DNA of 64,000 nt from assembly GCA_043228905.1 (NCBI GenBank), contig JBHGNT010000007.1:22678537-22742536 (forward strand). Reading direction: 5' to 3'. Origin of the DNA: Azolla caroliniana. Lineage: Eukaryota; Plantae; Polypodiophyta. Each line of letters begins with the position of its first letter. Position 1 is the first letter of the stretch. Positions 1 to 13,227 of this stretch are shown one piece after another. Below the pieces are notes generated by a model. That model searched no databases, was not told the DNA's origin, and saw nothing but the letters and a program-made list of their open reading frames with translations. Both the position numbers and the translations under genes were made by a program.

Positions 1-662
1 GATTGTCAAACATGTACACATACAGACATACCCATATGTATGTGTGGAACATAAGCTCATGTATGTGTGACTTAATTAATATTGTACTTTATACTCATTT
101 CTTTTTCTCTAAATTGACATGCATAGGTATGTGTTTAGAGTATTTTTATAACTGCAAGATACATTGGTCAGATTTGTTTTTACTAAATGGAAATCTGTAT
201 CTCCCACAACGTGTTATCCCAATTTCTGCATATGGGTTCATTCACAAGTTATTCCCAGAAAACCAGCAGTCATCAATGCTTTGAAGCTGAGGGCTCCCCA
301 GTAGAATGTTCTAGATATTATAGAAAGTCTGAAATGATATGGAACGTAAGGCATCTAGTTCTGCAACTGTCAATTAATTTTTAACACATTCAATCACTCT
401 CTTATCTTCCAATGACTTCCTACCCTACAGCAGCCTCTAAAAAGAAGGCTTCAGTAATGGAAACAATCATAAATCCAGACTTACTCAAGATATAGATACT
501 AGAAAATTATAGTATATGTGCCAGGTGAATTCATAAAGAATAATATCCACTTGGCAACTGAACAATCACTGTCCCACCAGCAATCTAGGTTCTCGTTTAA
601 CACATACAGATTATAGGACTAGAAAGTAATCCTAAAAGAATTCTTTGAAGGTCGGAGCTTAC

Positions 663-3600
663 CATGCAAAATCAACTGTTCTTGATATCAATGCCACTTG
701 CTGTTTTGTTCTCAAAAGGGTTTCCTCACCTAATGTAGGAGCATTAATGAAGAGCCAACCCAATGCATCCCACAAAACAGGCCCAAGAACTGCATCATAC
801 TTTGCTGACTTTGTAATGACAGCAATATCTTTTTGGACATGGCTTTGTACACCAGCATCATATATGTCTAGTAATAAGTTGCAAGAAACGGTGGAAAATC
901 CAGCCCTCCAAAAGGAGTGATGATGATTTCCAGGTAAACGAAGTAAGCCCTGAGCTGCTTGAGATGCTTTCAGCACTAAATTTTTAACATCTGAAGGCCA
1001 TCTAGAATTAGTATATTCTAGTCCTTCAGAAATTGCATATGTGATATTTTTGCAAACAGTATCAGCAAGGGACTCACTGAATAACGTGCTCAAAGCACAA
1101 GATCTCTACAAAAGGATCACAACACTATTAGCAACTTCCTACTGCAAAAGACACAGAATCATGCCACTAACAGATAAGGAAGTTCAAACATACTGTCAAA
1201 GTATAAAGAAAATGGAATGCTTCAGTTCTGATATTGCAACTCCTTGATGGGTTCGTATTAGTCACTAAACAAGTTGATACTGCGTCACTGTCTTGAACCT
1301 GCAATGATGCAACCCCTCCACACAGGGCTACACAATTAATTAGGTAAACAAAAGATGACAAGTATTTGATTCATCTCTATTAATCATTACTATGATAATA
1401 ACTCAAAAGAGGTAATGGCATACCTAATGCAGCACAAAGCCTCAGAGCCGCAGATGAGACAGCTTCATTTAAATTTGAACATTGAAAGAGAACAGTTTTT
1501 TGGAAGTTTGAATTGCTACCAAGGGAAAATCTCGCGACTTTCCAGAAGTGACAAATAGCTGAAAGTAGATCAGCTATTGCTATATAAAGGGAGCTTCCTT
1601 CTCCATCAAATCTTTCATGCGTCTGTAATCTATATCCCAAAATATTTAGTACATTCATATCTTTGAGTGCTTTCCATAAATCTTCTACCCCAATGCCTTC
1701 TCTTGACTTGGCTAAGTTAGTAATGATTACTCGCAAAGATGTTGCACATGAAGTAACAGTACTGGTATTACTGCATAAAAGCAGATGTACAAGAGGTGCA
1801 TATACTCCTTGAAACTTAGATCCAATGAATGAAACACCCCCAGATGTTATCAACATAGTGGTTACTTCTACTGCAACACGGTAAACTTGCTCACTTTCTG
1901 CCTTCAGCAATCCTTCTAGTGCTGATATAATATCGTCCAATAAGTTTTTCTGCCCATCATGAAAGACCATCAGGTACTTGCCTGACAGGACAGATTCTAA
2001 AGTAAACATTCATCACACTTAGAAACAAGTCCATATCTGCACCATAATAAAGATTATATCGACAAAATATGCAATAAGATTCAGACAAGTTTTAATATTC
2101 ATTGACAATGCAGACAGATGTAATTGAAGTATAAATTATAGAAAGACAACCAATGAAAATAGAAAGAATACTTGATAAAATGTCAGATTCTGCATGTATC
2201 ATGTTTCTACCAAACCAGGAAAAACGTTTACAATGTTGGCCTTGAACAATCAAAGATTAAATTTCCAGCAGAAAAACCAAAACACACTTTAATACCAGCA
2301 TTAGATGACAAACATTTGGATAGATTTGCCAAATAAAGAAGCTAGCAAATACTGACTACAGGTCTAACATAAGCCAATAGCAGCACAGCCTCTTTTATAT
2401 ATTTAGAAAGTAGATTTGCTTTCTAGATCTGCTTTTCCTTTATACAGACGACATGACACTTAAAAGTTGGTGTCCATCTTGTTCCTACTATTTGTAAATA
2501 CTCTTTTGGTCCATCACTTGAGTTCACAAGCCCACTACTTAAGGTTTGCGCTTAGTTGTCAATAATAATACTCTCCATTTCCTTTTTTCTTTTTTTCAGG
2601 GGAAACATGGTCAGGTTCAATAAGATATTTAAACAAATAAGCCATTACGATATTATCTATGAGAATGTTCTCTATTGTGATTAGTCGCATCACCCAAATA
2701 AGAATTGCTTGCTCCGACTTCTTAGGAAAAGGATCTAGAGGCATTTTGCCCCTTTCTATTTAATTCAGCCCCAGACAAATAGAAATTATTTCATTTACCT
2801 GACTTCCTTACAAACTGCCAACTATATGCATAAAAGTTGCATGATGTTTAGGTCTCTGACTATTGTGTATCACTCCTCTTGCTCATCAGCTCATAATAAT
2901 ATATATCTCTCGTTTTAGGTTCTCACTATGTCTTAGGGGTTCTTGTTGTGTTTCAGGTTTCTTGTCACAAATAAAGGGTTTCTTGCTGCATTTTAAGCTT
3001 TTCGCATTTGAAGGTTTCATGCTGCATTTTAGGGTTTCATTCACATGTTTTTTAGGCTTTCTTCTGCTTTTATGTTTCTTTTGGATGTTCCCTTTCAGAA
3101 GGGAAAAATGGAGCTACAGAATAAGTGACAGTAAGGACGCATGCATTAAATGTGCGTGCTCACATACATTTTGTCAAAGTTGGATGCCTACGCAAGGGTA
3201 GGAATAGTTGCATGCTAGCATAGAAACTAATGATGTGATGCATGCAAAGAAGAGATGTTTCTATATTTATCCAACAAGAGAGGCCATTCTCAAGTTCGCA
3301 AGTTTTGAAATTTGATAGGGCCACAATCATAAGGGCGCATGGGAGGCTTGCACGACCAAGGCAACATTGTCAATCATAGACTTGCCATGCCAGTTCATAA
3401 GTTTTGAAAATTGACGGGGCCACAAATCATAAGGGTACGTGGGAGGCTTGCACAACCAAGACAGACTTGCCATGCCAGTTTGTAAGTTTTGAAAATTGAC
3501 AGGGCCACAAATCATAAATAAGAGGCTTGCACGACCAAGGCAACATTGTTAATCATAGACTTGCCATGCCAGTTCAGGATATTTCTCCCAAAATTTTCTT

Positions 3601-6600
3601 ATCTTAATTTCTTTTTACCCTACATAAATGGGTTCAAATATTGTATAATTTCGTTCAATTTATGGAAAACTTATTGTAATCAGTGAGTTTTATATGTTTT
3701 CCTCGGATTCCACTTTTCATATAGCAAGTGTGCTTTGAAATTGTCCCCATTTGCCTCTCCCACGAAAGCTTGACAAGAGAAGAACGAACCTTTTAAAGGC
3801 TCCCTACAAGAAAACATGCTTGAAGTTTCTCTCTCATGAATGCCAGTGTGATATACACCTTGATTCGCTAATTTGTTTCCTGTTAGCCTCTCCCGCAAAG
3901 GCCTGATGCAAGAGAAGCCCTCTTATAGTCAACTTCTGGTGAAGGCTGAGCTCGCAAGTACATGTGAACCCTCATGTCTCAAAAAAAGTGTGTTTACAAG
4001 ACACCATCCAAATACCACATTCCTGAGAATATGCCACAAAATCATTGGTACAATGAGGATAAAGAGATGTATCAGCATCACCATACAAATGAAAGCCTCG
4101 GAGAGATTACACAACAAATACCTCGCAAGTACATGTGAACCATTACACCCCAAAAACTGCTACAAAGAAGCACAAGATTGGGATTTATACCATCTCTTCA
4201 TGAGCAAAGACTCGGCCACTGCCTCATGATGTATTAGACAGCCCAGAACCCAACCCCAACATAGGATCCACAACTATGGCATTCTTATGCAGAAAGTTTG
4301 TATCATTTTCCATGGCAAACCCCTTTACCACCACCATTAGAGATTCTCCCTAATTCCTCCACCATCTTCACCTCATACACGTTTGATCATCTGACCACAT
4401 GGGATTACAAGGTGAACACCTCATAAAAGTGGAAACCACACTTGCCCCTATCCTTGCACACATGTTCGATAGAGTGTTCAAACGCATGTATCATGCACAT
4501 GATCGTGCCTATTCATAAGCCAGGTTACCCTTGCAAATTACGAAACTATAGGACACGATCATAAGTCAAAGCAGCAGGGAATCGACATATCAGCATGTAG
4601 GTCTGCATCATCCCAATGCCTTAGATGGTTTTTGCCATGAAAAAGGGATCATCGTAAACCTAGGAAAGACAGGCTATAGTCTTCCACGCGTCAGTGCTGA
4701 CTAGCTGACAAGTTGTCTTCACCCTATCAAAAGAGCAAGTTGAAATAGTGGCTTTCTATGTATATGTAGAAGTCAGATAAACAGTGCTGCCATATGGACT
4801 CCAGCCATTCCCATGTACATGAAAACACAAATAGAGCATCCATTAGTCAAGATGTTGTCAAGGAACCATGCACCCCATGCTGAATTGGCAAAACCCCCAT
4901 GATTGTAGAAGCTCTATTCTAGGGATGAACCTCATCAACCGTATTTGAACATGCCACATCAAAGAAGTACATATGAGGCATAGAAGCAAATGGTGAAATA
5001 AGGTCACATTAAAGGATCGTGGTAACTGCAAGTAATGAAGTGGTTCTACAACAATGGCCTCAAACATCGGGAATTTCCTACCTTCTTAATAGCAAGTATG
5101 AAGTGGTTCAACAACAATGACCTCAAACATCGAGAACTTGCCACCTTTATAATAAGTACACATCTCCGAAATGATGATACGAACAAGGTATTGTGGCAAG
5201 ATCTATAGCAGCTCTATAACCAAAAGTCTTGGCTCACATCAAGGAGCCACTTCTCCCAAAGACCATCTATTGAACTTTTCCGCAGATGATTTCATATAAA
5301 GACAGGGGGAGGGGGTAAATGGACATTACATGCCCCATAGCCCTTGCAAAGAAATAGCCCAACTCAGAGTTTCCTCCCATCAACCAGAGATCGAGGCAAG
5401 ACAAACACTTTGCATACCTAGAGCTGAAAGACTTGTGAATTATGTAAAGGAGAACATTTTGTGTGCAAGTGCTCAGCTTTCAACTACATCAGAGATAAGT
5501 ATGTCATTCTCTATGAAGATTTCATGACCATTTGACAAATGATAGAGCAGACTAGGCCACAACAGTTTGTCCAAATCATGCTTGAACTTCAAAAACATAG
5601 GGAATCAACCCTTATATTAGCATGTAGAATGCAACGACAAACACACATCACCAATTTCTTCCATGGCTCCTTACCTCCACTAACAACATGCGGAGGTGTT
5701 ACAGGCATGACCATAATTTATTCCATGGTAAGTTGTACTGCAGTATTCTACACACAAGGATAAAGTGTGAGGGTTAATTGAGAGTGTAAAGAAGGGAGGA
5801 TTACTTTTAATCCTAGGAATTGAGACAACCCATAAGAGCCAAGTGTGAACTTGCCTGGGGACCTTAAGTATGGCTATAAATATGAGGCCTATCTACCCTC
5901 ATTAGTCACATTATTCGACTACGTCGAGCCTATGATCTTGTGGTGAACAGACTCTTGTAGTGAGCACACCAATACCAAGCACGACTGAATGCCATTGTGG
6001 TGGTATGGGACACCGATCAAGCCTCGAGTCTGTCTCGATCCCTCCGCTTGGGGGTGGTCGGGTGGATCGGCACCCTTCTTTCGCTCTTTTTTCTTTGTCT
6101 TCTGCTTACATTAGGAATGATCTCTAACACGAGGAGTCATCAAGAGTGAGCAAAGGAATGTCAACAACAGAGTCCACAAGTACCAGGCTATACGGCATAT
6201 GGGCCATTCCATCACCAGATCATGGAGATCATTGCTCACCATGCATGATACAAACAAGGACACCCAGATGCACTTGCTAAACTTCATCATAGAACAGTAA
6301 CCTACGGCATGCATTAAGATCGTGATCATAGATCTTTCGGAAACCTACAGCTTTTGTTTTCATTTCATTCTGGATGACATGAATTCGCCCATATTTGTAA
6401 TCAGGATTTGTCTCATAGGCCAATTTTGGCCTCTAGAAGATAAGAATACAATGTGCTGTCTTTTTTCCTCTCTATCTCAGATATAATGTGCTTTTTCATG
6501 GTCAGAATACATAACAACATATTGAGCAAAATGACTATAGAATGAAAAGATGAAGGACATAATGTTTCTCATCATTAACAAACCTCGATAGACTGAAGTT

Positions 6601-6936
6601 TTGATTTGTGAGATTTGACAAAGGCTTGAATCGCACGCACGGACTGGCCCTGCATCTCTACATCAGAATTCCTCCATACTTTCTGCCTTCTCGTGCCTTG
6701 ATGAAGGCTAAAGCAGAAAAGAAGGGGAAAAAAATAATAAACAAGGGAAAGGGAGAAATGCAGAGAAGCAAAAAAATAGAATAAAATCAAATAAAGGAGT
6801 GTAGGGGAAAGAGAGCAAGAGGAGAAATTAGAAAAAAGGAAGTGGGAGAAGCAGAAGGGGAAACAGATATGAGGGGGAGGAAGGAATGAAATTTGGAAGG
6901 GTATGAGGTTTGAACAAATACATGGACCAAGAAAAC

Positions 6937-6985
<49 letters not shown>

Positions 6986-7081
6986 AGCTTACGAGGAGGT
7001 GGAGGTAGTGAGCCCGAGGCTGAGGAGGCGTCTGAGGCGATCCTCTAAAGCACGAAGAGCTCCAGTTTTCGCCATCGCCAT
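663..7081 (-). CDS. ARM-repeat/BTB-POZ domain protein, At1g04390-like (5' part; 3' exons lie beyond the left edge of the window)
   Basis: GT-AG exons 7081-6993, 6707-6584, 1949-1424, 1327-1194 and 1105-663 join in frame. The N-terminus (ALEDRLRRLLSLGL..QKVWRNSDVEMQGQSVRAIQAF..LLDDIISALEGLL..ALCGG) resembles At1g04390 as remembered (LHHRLYHALNLG..KKWKCTDIEIQRHVVKSISAF). The BTB domain itself is not in the window. Confidence 0.8.
3301..3576. repeat. Three degenerate ~90-100 bp tandem units in intron 2
   Basis: Recurring agttttgaaa..gggccacaaatcataa..gaggcttgcacgaccaag..agacttgccatgccagtt at ~3301, ~3400 and ~3485. Confidence 0.8.
4390..5630 (+). mobile_element. Degenerate LINE (RTE-like) ORF2 remnant
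   Basis: Broken fragments resembling PIHK.G...NYRT (~4508-4560), ALDGFCHEKGIIVNLGKT (~4618-4670) and the C-terminal IAQLRVSSHQPEIE..IPRAERL (5354-5430). Confidence 0.6.
5697..6129. mobile_element. Solo LTR (433 bp)
   Basis: Termini TGTTA...TAACA, flanked by GGAGG (5692-5696) and CGAGG (6130-6134), a 4/5 TSD match. Internal TATAAATA at ~5875. Confidence 0.65.
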
Positions 7082-7086
7082 AGCCA

Positions 7087-7129
<43 letters not shown>

Positions 7130-7648
7130 CTGTTTTCTCTGAGAAAACGACGACGATGATGACGTGGCTTCTTCTACATACATATTTACTTATTATTTGT
7201 GTTTTATCCATTTATTTCGCTTTTACTTAATTAATTAAATGTTTTTATAATTTTCTTTTCGCCTTCTGTTTACATAAATATGTATTTCCTTCTAGATTAT
7301 GCATTTTTAATTTATTCTTATAATTCGCACCCCCCCCCCCCCCCGGGTCACTATTTGATACAGAAATAATAAATAGTGAGAGCCCGTGAATCTAGGCCTT
7401 GGACGGCTCTAAACTCGTCTCGGGAATCCTAGATGATCGGGGCCGTCCAATTATTTTAGATCTAAAAAAAGGAAAAGAAAATAAATAAGAAAATAAAAAT
7501 AAAACAAAAAAGTGAATAATAGGAGAGAGAAAACATTTGGGGGGGGGGGGGGGGGGATTTTTGAACGTGTATGCTTTGTCTCTGTGTTTCTCTGTCTCTG
7601 TGTTTCTCTACGTGCTCCATCTCTGTCTCTGTGTGCTGCGTGTTGCGT

Positions 7649-7704
<56 letters not shown>

Positions 7705-7790
7705 TCCATTGCGGGCTTCCTCTACGTGCTTCCTCAGCCTCCAATTTCAACATCTTGGTGGAACAACAGGCGGAGTTCACGAACGACCAG
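7082..7790. promoter_or_regulatory. Divergent promoter region between the BTB-like gene and the left MULE copy
   Basis: (CT)n/(GA)n tracts at 7089-7125 and 7650-7697, poly-C at ~7329 and poly-G at ~7538. A candidate plus-strand donor (ACCA|GTAAG) at ~7790 suggests a 5' UTR exon. Confidence 0.45.
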
Positions 7791-8728
7791 TAAGAAATTA
7801 GGTATATTTCTGTTTATTCTTTCCATTTTAATTAGTGAGTGCTATTTCTACAAGAGATAAATCATTATCACTAGGATTAAGGTGATTATATATGTTGAAA
7901 GTCTGAGTGTTGATGTATAGTGAGTGTTATTTCTACAAGAGATTAATTACATCATTATCACTAGGATTATGGCTGAAATGTTTCAGTGTGCAACAAAATG
8001 CCAAATCTGATGTTGGCTAATTAGTTCACAACATATGATATTCAGAGAGGGCACTTATTATAGGTCTTCCATATGAATCTTACACGATTGAGTGGAGTGT
8101 ACATCTAGCAGGCCAACATATGTGTATACATACCGTGAGACATTTTTTCTCTCTTATAAGCTGCTTCATACAACAGAGGATACACACATTCACAAGCCCT
8201 GGCATGTGCCAGACATTTGACGCTAACATACGTGGATACATAAATTTGGTATGGACGACCGTAGATACATACATTGAGGCCCTGCCATAGCTTATTGCAG
8301 AGTCATCTACTATTAGATATGTACATTAAGATACATATATATAGCTAAAAGTTATGAAATTATATACAATGTATGCCCCCAGATGCAGACATTTCGATAC
8401 ATGCATAAATCCCATTTAAATAAGATATTTTTCTCATTTACACTCTAAATTCCAGAGGGCTCGAATGTGAGCACACATACATAGAATGAAGCTAAGTGAT
8501 AACAAAATATTGTTTTTGATGTTTTTCTCCCCCTCTTTGTAATTGTAGGATCAAATGAACCAAGGTATTTGGGGTTTAGGACATTGACTCTTCATCATAT
8601 CTATCAAATCCACCTTTAAAGACCAAGTAAGTTTCCCACCCAACCTTAAATTGCTATCAACATGCAAGGTTTTACAAATGAATGAAGAATATCAAGAATT
8701 TTGTTTTGTGGTTTTAGGGGTAAACAAG

Positions 8729-9712
8729 ATGTTTGACTTTGACTTAAACTTGAGTCCATCTCATTGTTCTACCTCTCATGCACTTGAGATACAAAATATG
8801 GATGCTTTGAATGATGATTGGGGCTCACTTGATGACTTTGATTATACTAGTAGTGATTCTATAAGTTCAGATTCACACACAAGTGATTCAACTAGTGACA
8901 ACGAGTCATTGGAGAATAAGAACCTCATTATGATGAATGAAAATCTCAAAAAATATCCCGACGCTAGTTTATTTGTGCCAAAAAGTTATTTTACTTTTAA
9001 TAAGGCTTGTTATGATTTAATGGTTGATGATATATTAGGAGTTCGTAAAATTACACTTGACTTGTTGAGGGATGCCAAAGACGGTGTAGTAGTGGATCTT
9101 AGATTGTGGAAATCTATGAAACAACGAATATTGTTAATGGGAGATCGAGAGATATATTTAAAGGATTCTCCTAATTGTAGGATACCATATATCGAACAAT
9201 GGGGAGATATAGTGGTGAATGCACATGTTAAAACTAGCCATCTAGGGCTAAAAGACACATTAGATGAAATTAAGAAAGGTTGGTCGGTGGATACCCGATA
9301 TTATGGGCTATCAAAGGTGTATGTAAAAGCATGCATTGATGCGTGTGGATGTCAAAAGGTACAAAAAACGACACCTTTAGACATCCAACATCATACTAGA
9401 TCCATCCCAAATGAAGAGTTCACGGTAGAAGAATCCATGTTGGGGGTTGTATTAGATGATATTCAGATTAAATATTGTACGTGCTTAAAGAAGTCTTATA
9501 CCAATACCAAATATCATGAAAGGTATGTTTGTCACCGTTGGGGGGAGTCAAAAAGGGGTGGCAAATACATTCGTCGATGTAAGACTTCAAAACGATGTGG
9601 ATGCACTTTTCGTGTTGATGTCAAAAGGTCAATTGGAGACCGAAAACAAGCGACCATCTCTGTATATGCCCAACACAAAGGTCATGATCCAAGTGCACCA
9701 CATGAGGTGTAT
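8729..9712 (+). mobile_element. MULE transposase, 5' half only (left copy), truncated at the inversion junction
   Basis: Stop-free ORF from MFDFDLNLSP, with an H..H..C.C zinc-binding segment (AHVKTSHLG...DACGCQK) and a WRKY/FAR1-like finger (YVCHRWG..SKRCGCTF..HKGHDP). It ends at HEVY, before the DDE domain. Confidence 0.85.
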
Positions 9713-11746
9713 CAATGCATGCACCAAATCAGTTATGGATCGATTAATTCTTCCTCTAAATGCGGTGTACTTGATATATTGCCAATGCCTCTCAACGATA
9801 TTTGTAGTGTCCACATGGCCATATTGGAACATTCTTCCAAACTTGGGCCAAGTATTTCTCCAAATGTCATTACACCAACAATTTTTTATGTAGTTGCAAA
9901 CTAATTTTTGCTCATTGTATTCTTCCAATATTTCAGCATATACATGATCAAATTCTTCTTCTTTACTAGCATACATGAGTTGGCACATTCGAGCATATAA
10001 TTTGTCTCTTTCGTTGCCATGAACTTTTGGCAATAGATGGTCAACCTATGCTTTTTTCACATGGAACCAACAAAGCAAAATTTTGCAAGTTGTTTGTTGC
10101 CTTATATCATTGACCATCTCCCAACAATATGGATCAGATGTAATAACATTTTTCAAAGCAATGTATTCTACCCAACACTTATCTATTACCAGGGCATTCG
10201 GTCGGATACCTTTCATTCTTTCAAATATCTTCTTTAGTGTCATTTCCAATGCGAGTTGTTCATGATGATATCCTGCATCATTGGTGCAAAGCATATACCA
10301 CAATGGGATGCCAACCCCTTGCTCGTTTGGTGCAACGGCAGCATATAAGGGCAATCCAAATACATTAGTCTTAAACGTAGAATCAATTGCCCAAGCATTG
10401 TTCTTTGATAAGCGCATACACATGTTTAACATCCATTGATCTTGTATTATTAGAACAAATGGTTGCTTTGTAGGAATATACGGTTGAATATAAGCTACTT
10501 TTCCTTGATCCTTCAATGCATATGCTTCTCGTATCATTCTAGTCCAATCATCTACGGCTATAGATTTTTTAACATTTAACTTGCTAGCTATATTTTGAAC
10601 CTCCTTTGTAAGTATAAAAAACCTAAAAATAACTCTCTCAACATGTGTAACTTTGTTCTTATGGATAATCGCTTTCCTCATGCTTATCCTTGCTACATGC
10701 CTTGCACATCCAACATCAAAAAGATCTTCCATACAACAATGGATGACATTTGGGTGCACCTTTAAATAATATACCTCATGTGGTGCACCTGGGTCATGGC
10801 CTTTATGTTGGGCATATACAGAGATGGACACTTGTTTTCGATCTCCAATTGACCTTTTAATATCAACATAAAAAGTACATCCACATCGTTTGGTAGTCTT
10901 ACATCTACGAATGTATTTACTACCCCTTTTTTATTCCCCCCAACGATGACAAACATACCTTTCATGATATTTGTTTTTGGTTTTACACTTCTTTAAGCAT
11001 GTAGAATATTTAATTTGAATGTCATCTAATACAACACTCAGCATAGATTCTTCTACTACAAACTTTTCACTTGGGGCACTACTAGTATGATCAAGCATGT
11101 CTAAAGGCGTCGCCTTTTGTACCTTTTGACATCCACAAGCATCAATGTATACTTTCACATAAACCTTTGATAGCCCGTGATATCGGGCATCCACTGACCA
11201 ACCTTTCTTAATTTCATCTAATGTATCTTTGAGCCCTAGATGGCTAGCTTTAACATGAGCATTTGTCACTATATCTTCCCATTGTTCGATATAAGGTATC
11301 CGTAAATTAGGAGACTCCTTTAAATATATTTCTCGATCTCCCATTAACGATATTCGTTGTTTCATCGATTTCCATAATCTAAGATCCACTACTACACCAT
11401 TTTTGGCATGCCTCAACAAGTCAATTGTAATTTTACGAACTCCTAATATATCATCGACCATTAAATCATAACAAGCCTTATTAAAAGTAAAATAACTTTT
11501 AGGCATAAATAAATTGACATTTGGATATTTTTTGAGATTTCCATTCATCATATTGAGGTCATCATTATCCAATGACTCGTTGTCACTAGCCGAATCACTT
11601 GTGTTAGAATCTGAATTGGTCGAATAACTACTAGTATAATCATTGTCATCAAGTGAGACCCAAGCATCATGTAAAACATTCATATTTATGTTTTGAAGTG
11701 CATGAGAGGTATCACAATGAGAGGGACTCAAGTTTAAATCGAACAT
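9710..11746 (-). mobile_element. MULE transposase pseudogene (right copy), 3'-truncated
   Basis: One frame from 11746 to 9710 with two nonsense codons (10931, 10046). MULE DDE motifs present: WAIDSTFKTN..GLPLY, LVIDKCWVEYIAL, LLCWFHVKKA, TTNIVERHW..K. About 85% nucleotide identity (by eye) to the left copy over their shared ~1 kb. Confidence 0.88.
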
Positions 11747-12436
11747 CTTGCTTAGCCCTAAACCACAAAATAACAATTCTTGGTATTCTTCAATCTTAAG
11801 TAAAACCTCCACACTTCAACTTAGAAATTTAAAGTTGGGCAGAGAACGCAAATAAAAATGCAAATAAAAATGAAAAAGAAACTTCTCTAGAACAACTATA
11901 CATGCAAGCCAATGAAAATGCCTATTAAATCCTTTACTATTCCACATGAAAGCAAATGAAAATGCACATGAGAGCGACTAAACACTTCAAGGGAAAGCAA
12001 ATGACAGAGAATTAGTGCCATTGAAATGAATGCATTTTGTGAACTAAACAAAATCCAAATTGTTTTGCATTCAAGGACAATAATTAGTACCTCCGATTCT
12101 TTGTTTATGTATACAGAACGACTCCCCCAATGCACTTCTCCTGTTGTTCCACCCACAAACGAATCTGAAAACGAATCAAGGTATTTCCTTTAGGTTCAAT
12201 ACCCGATTCATTAATTGAAAATCTTTCTGGTCCCTCGTGGGTGAAGCTCAGTGGAGGTCTGAACCGACTGATGTTGAAAAATCAAGTTGTTGCAAGCTGT
12301 GGGGATAAGCTCTACGCGCAGAGATCACGCAGAAAGCAAAGAGAGAGAGAGCAAGAGAGCACGCAGCGAAGAGAGAAAACACCTAAACCCTAAACGCGCA
12401 GAAGAGAGCACGCAGGAAAGCAGGAAAGAAAGAGAG

Positions 12437-12482
<46 letters not shown>

Positions 12483-13227
12483 CAAAATTAATATTTCTCG
12501 ACCTCTTTCCGTTTTATTTAATTAATATTTGTGTGTTTTTTTGTTTTAATATTATGCATTTATTTACTTTTATTCGTCCATTTGATTCTCATGAGAGTTT
12601 TATTTATTTATTTATTTATATTTATATGTATTAGACATTTATTTATATTTTATTTATGTATTTATTTATTTATTAATTATATAATACACATATATATATA
12701 TGTATTAGAAATTTATTTATTTATATATGTGTATTTATTTATTATATTTATATTTATATTTATATGTATATGTATTGATTGATTATATATATATTTATAT
12801 ATACATGTATTAGACATTTATTTATATATATATATGTATATTTGACAAATGGGTCGATTTGTCCATTTATTTCTTGATATTTATCAGGTTTCTTTTGCAT
12901 TTCTCGCTTTGTGTTTTTTTTATATAGATTATATTTTCAATCTTGTTTAATTACTTTAATTTTATCTATTTATCACTTTAATTTTATTGTTTTATCCATT
13001 ATTTGTTCATTCTTTTGATCCTATTTATATATTTATCCATATGCTTTTTACATAAAATTATGAATCCATTTATTTACTCATTTGTCCATCTACTTTCTAT
13101 TTATTTCCCCGATAATGCCCTTGCAGTTGCTTATGTGTCCATAATCATTTCTATTTATTTGCATTATTGCCCCACAAATGCCCCTTACTCATTGGTTCAT
13201 TAATTCTCTATTTTACTCGCATTATTT

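Noticed and set aside
1-660. Further exons of the BTB-like gene
   Set aside because: Candidate acceptors near 425-440 lead to early stops, so this stretch is treated as intron continuing off the window.
6903-7860. Multiple ORFs with ERERER/SLSLSL runs (similar ORFs at 12287-12782, 22675-23203, 39248-39526)
   Set aside because: Translations of microsatellites and low-complexity DNA, apart from the true first exon at 7081-6993.
8651-9904. 417-aa ORF as an intact gene
   Set aside because: After 9712 it reads the antisense strand of the second MULE copy, so it is a chimeric truncation lacking the DDE domain.
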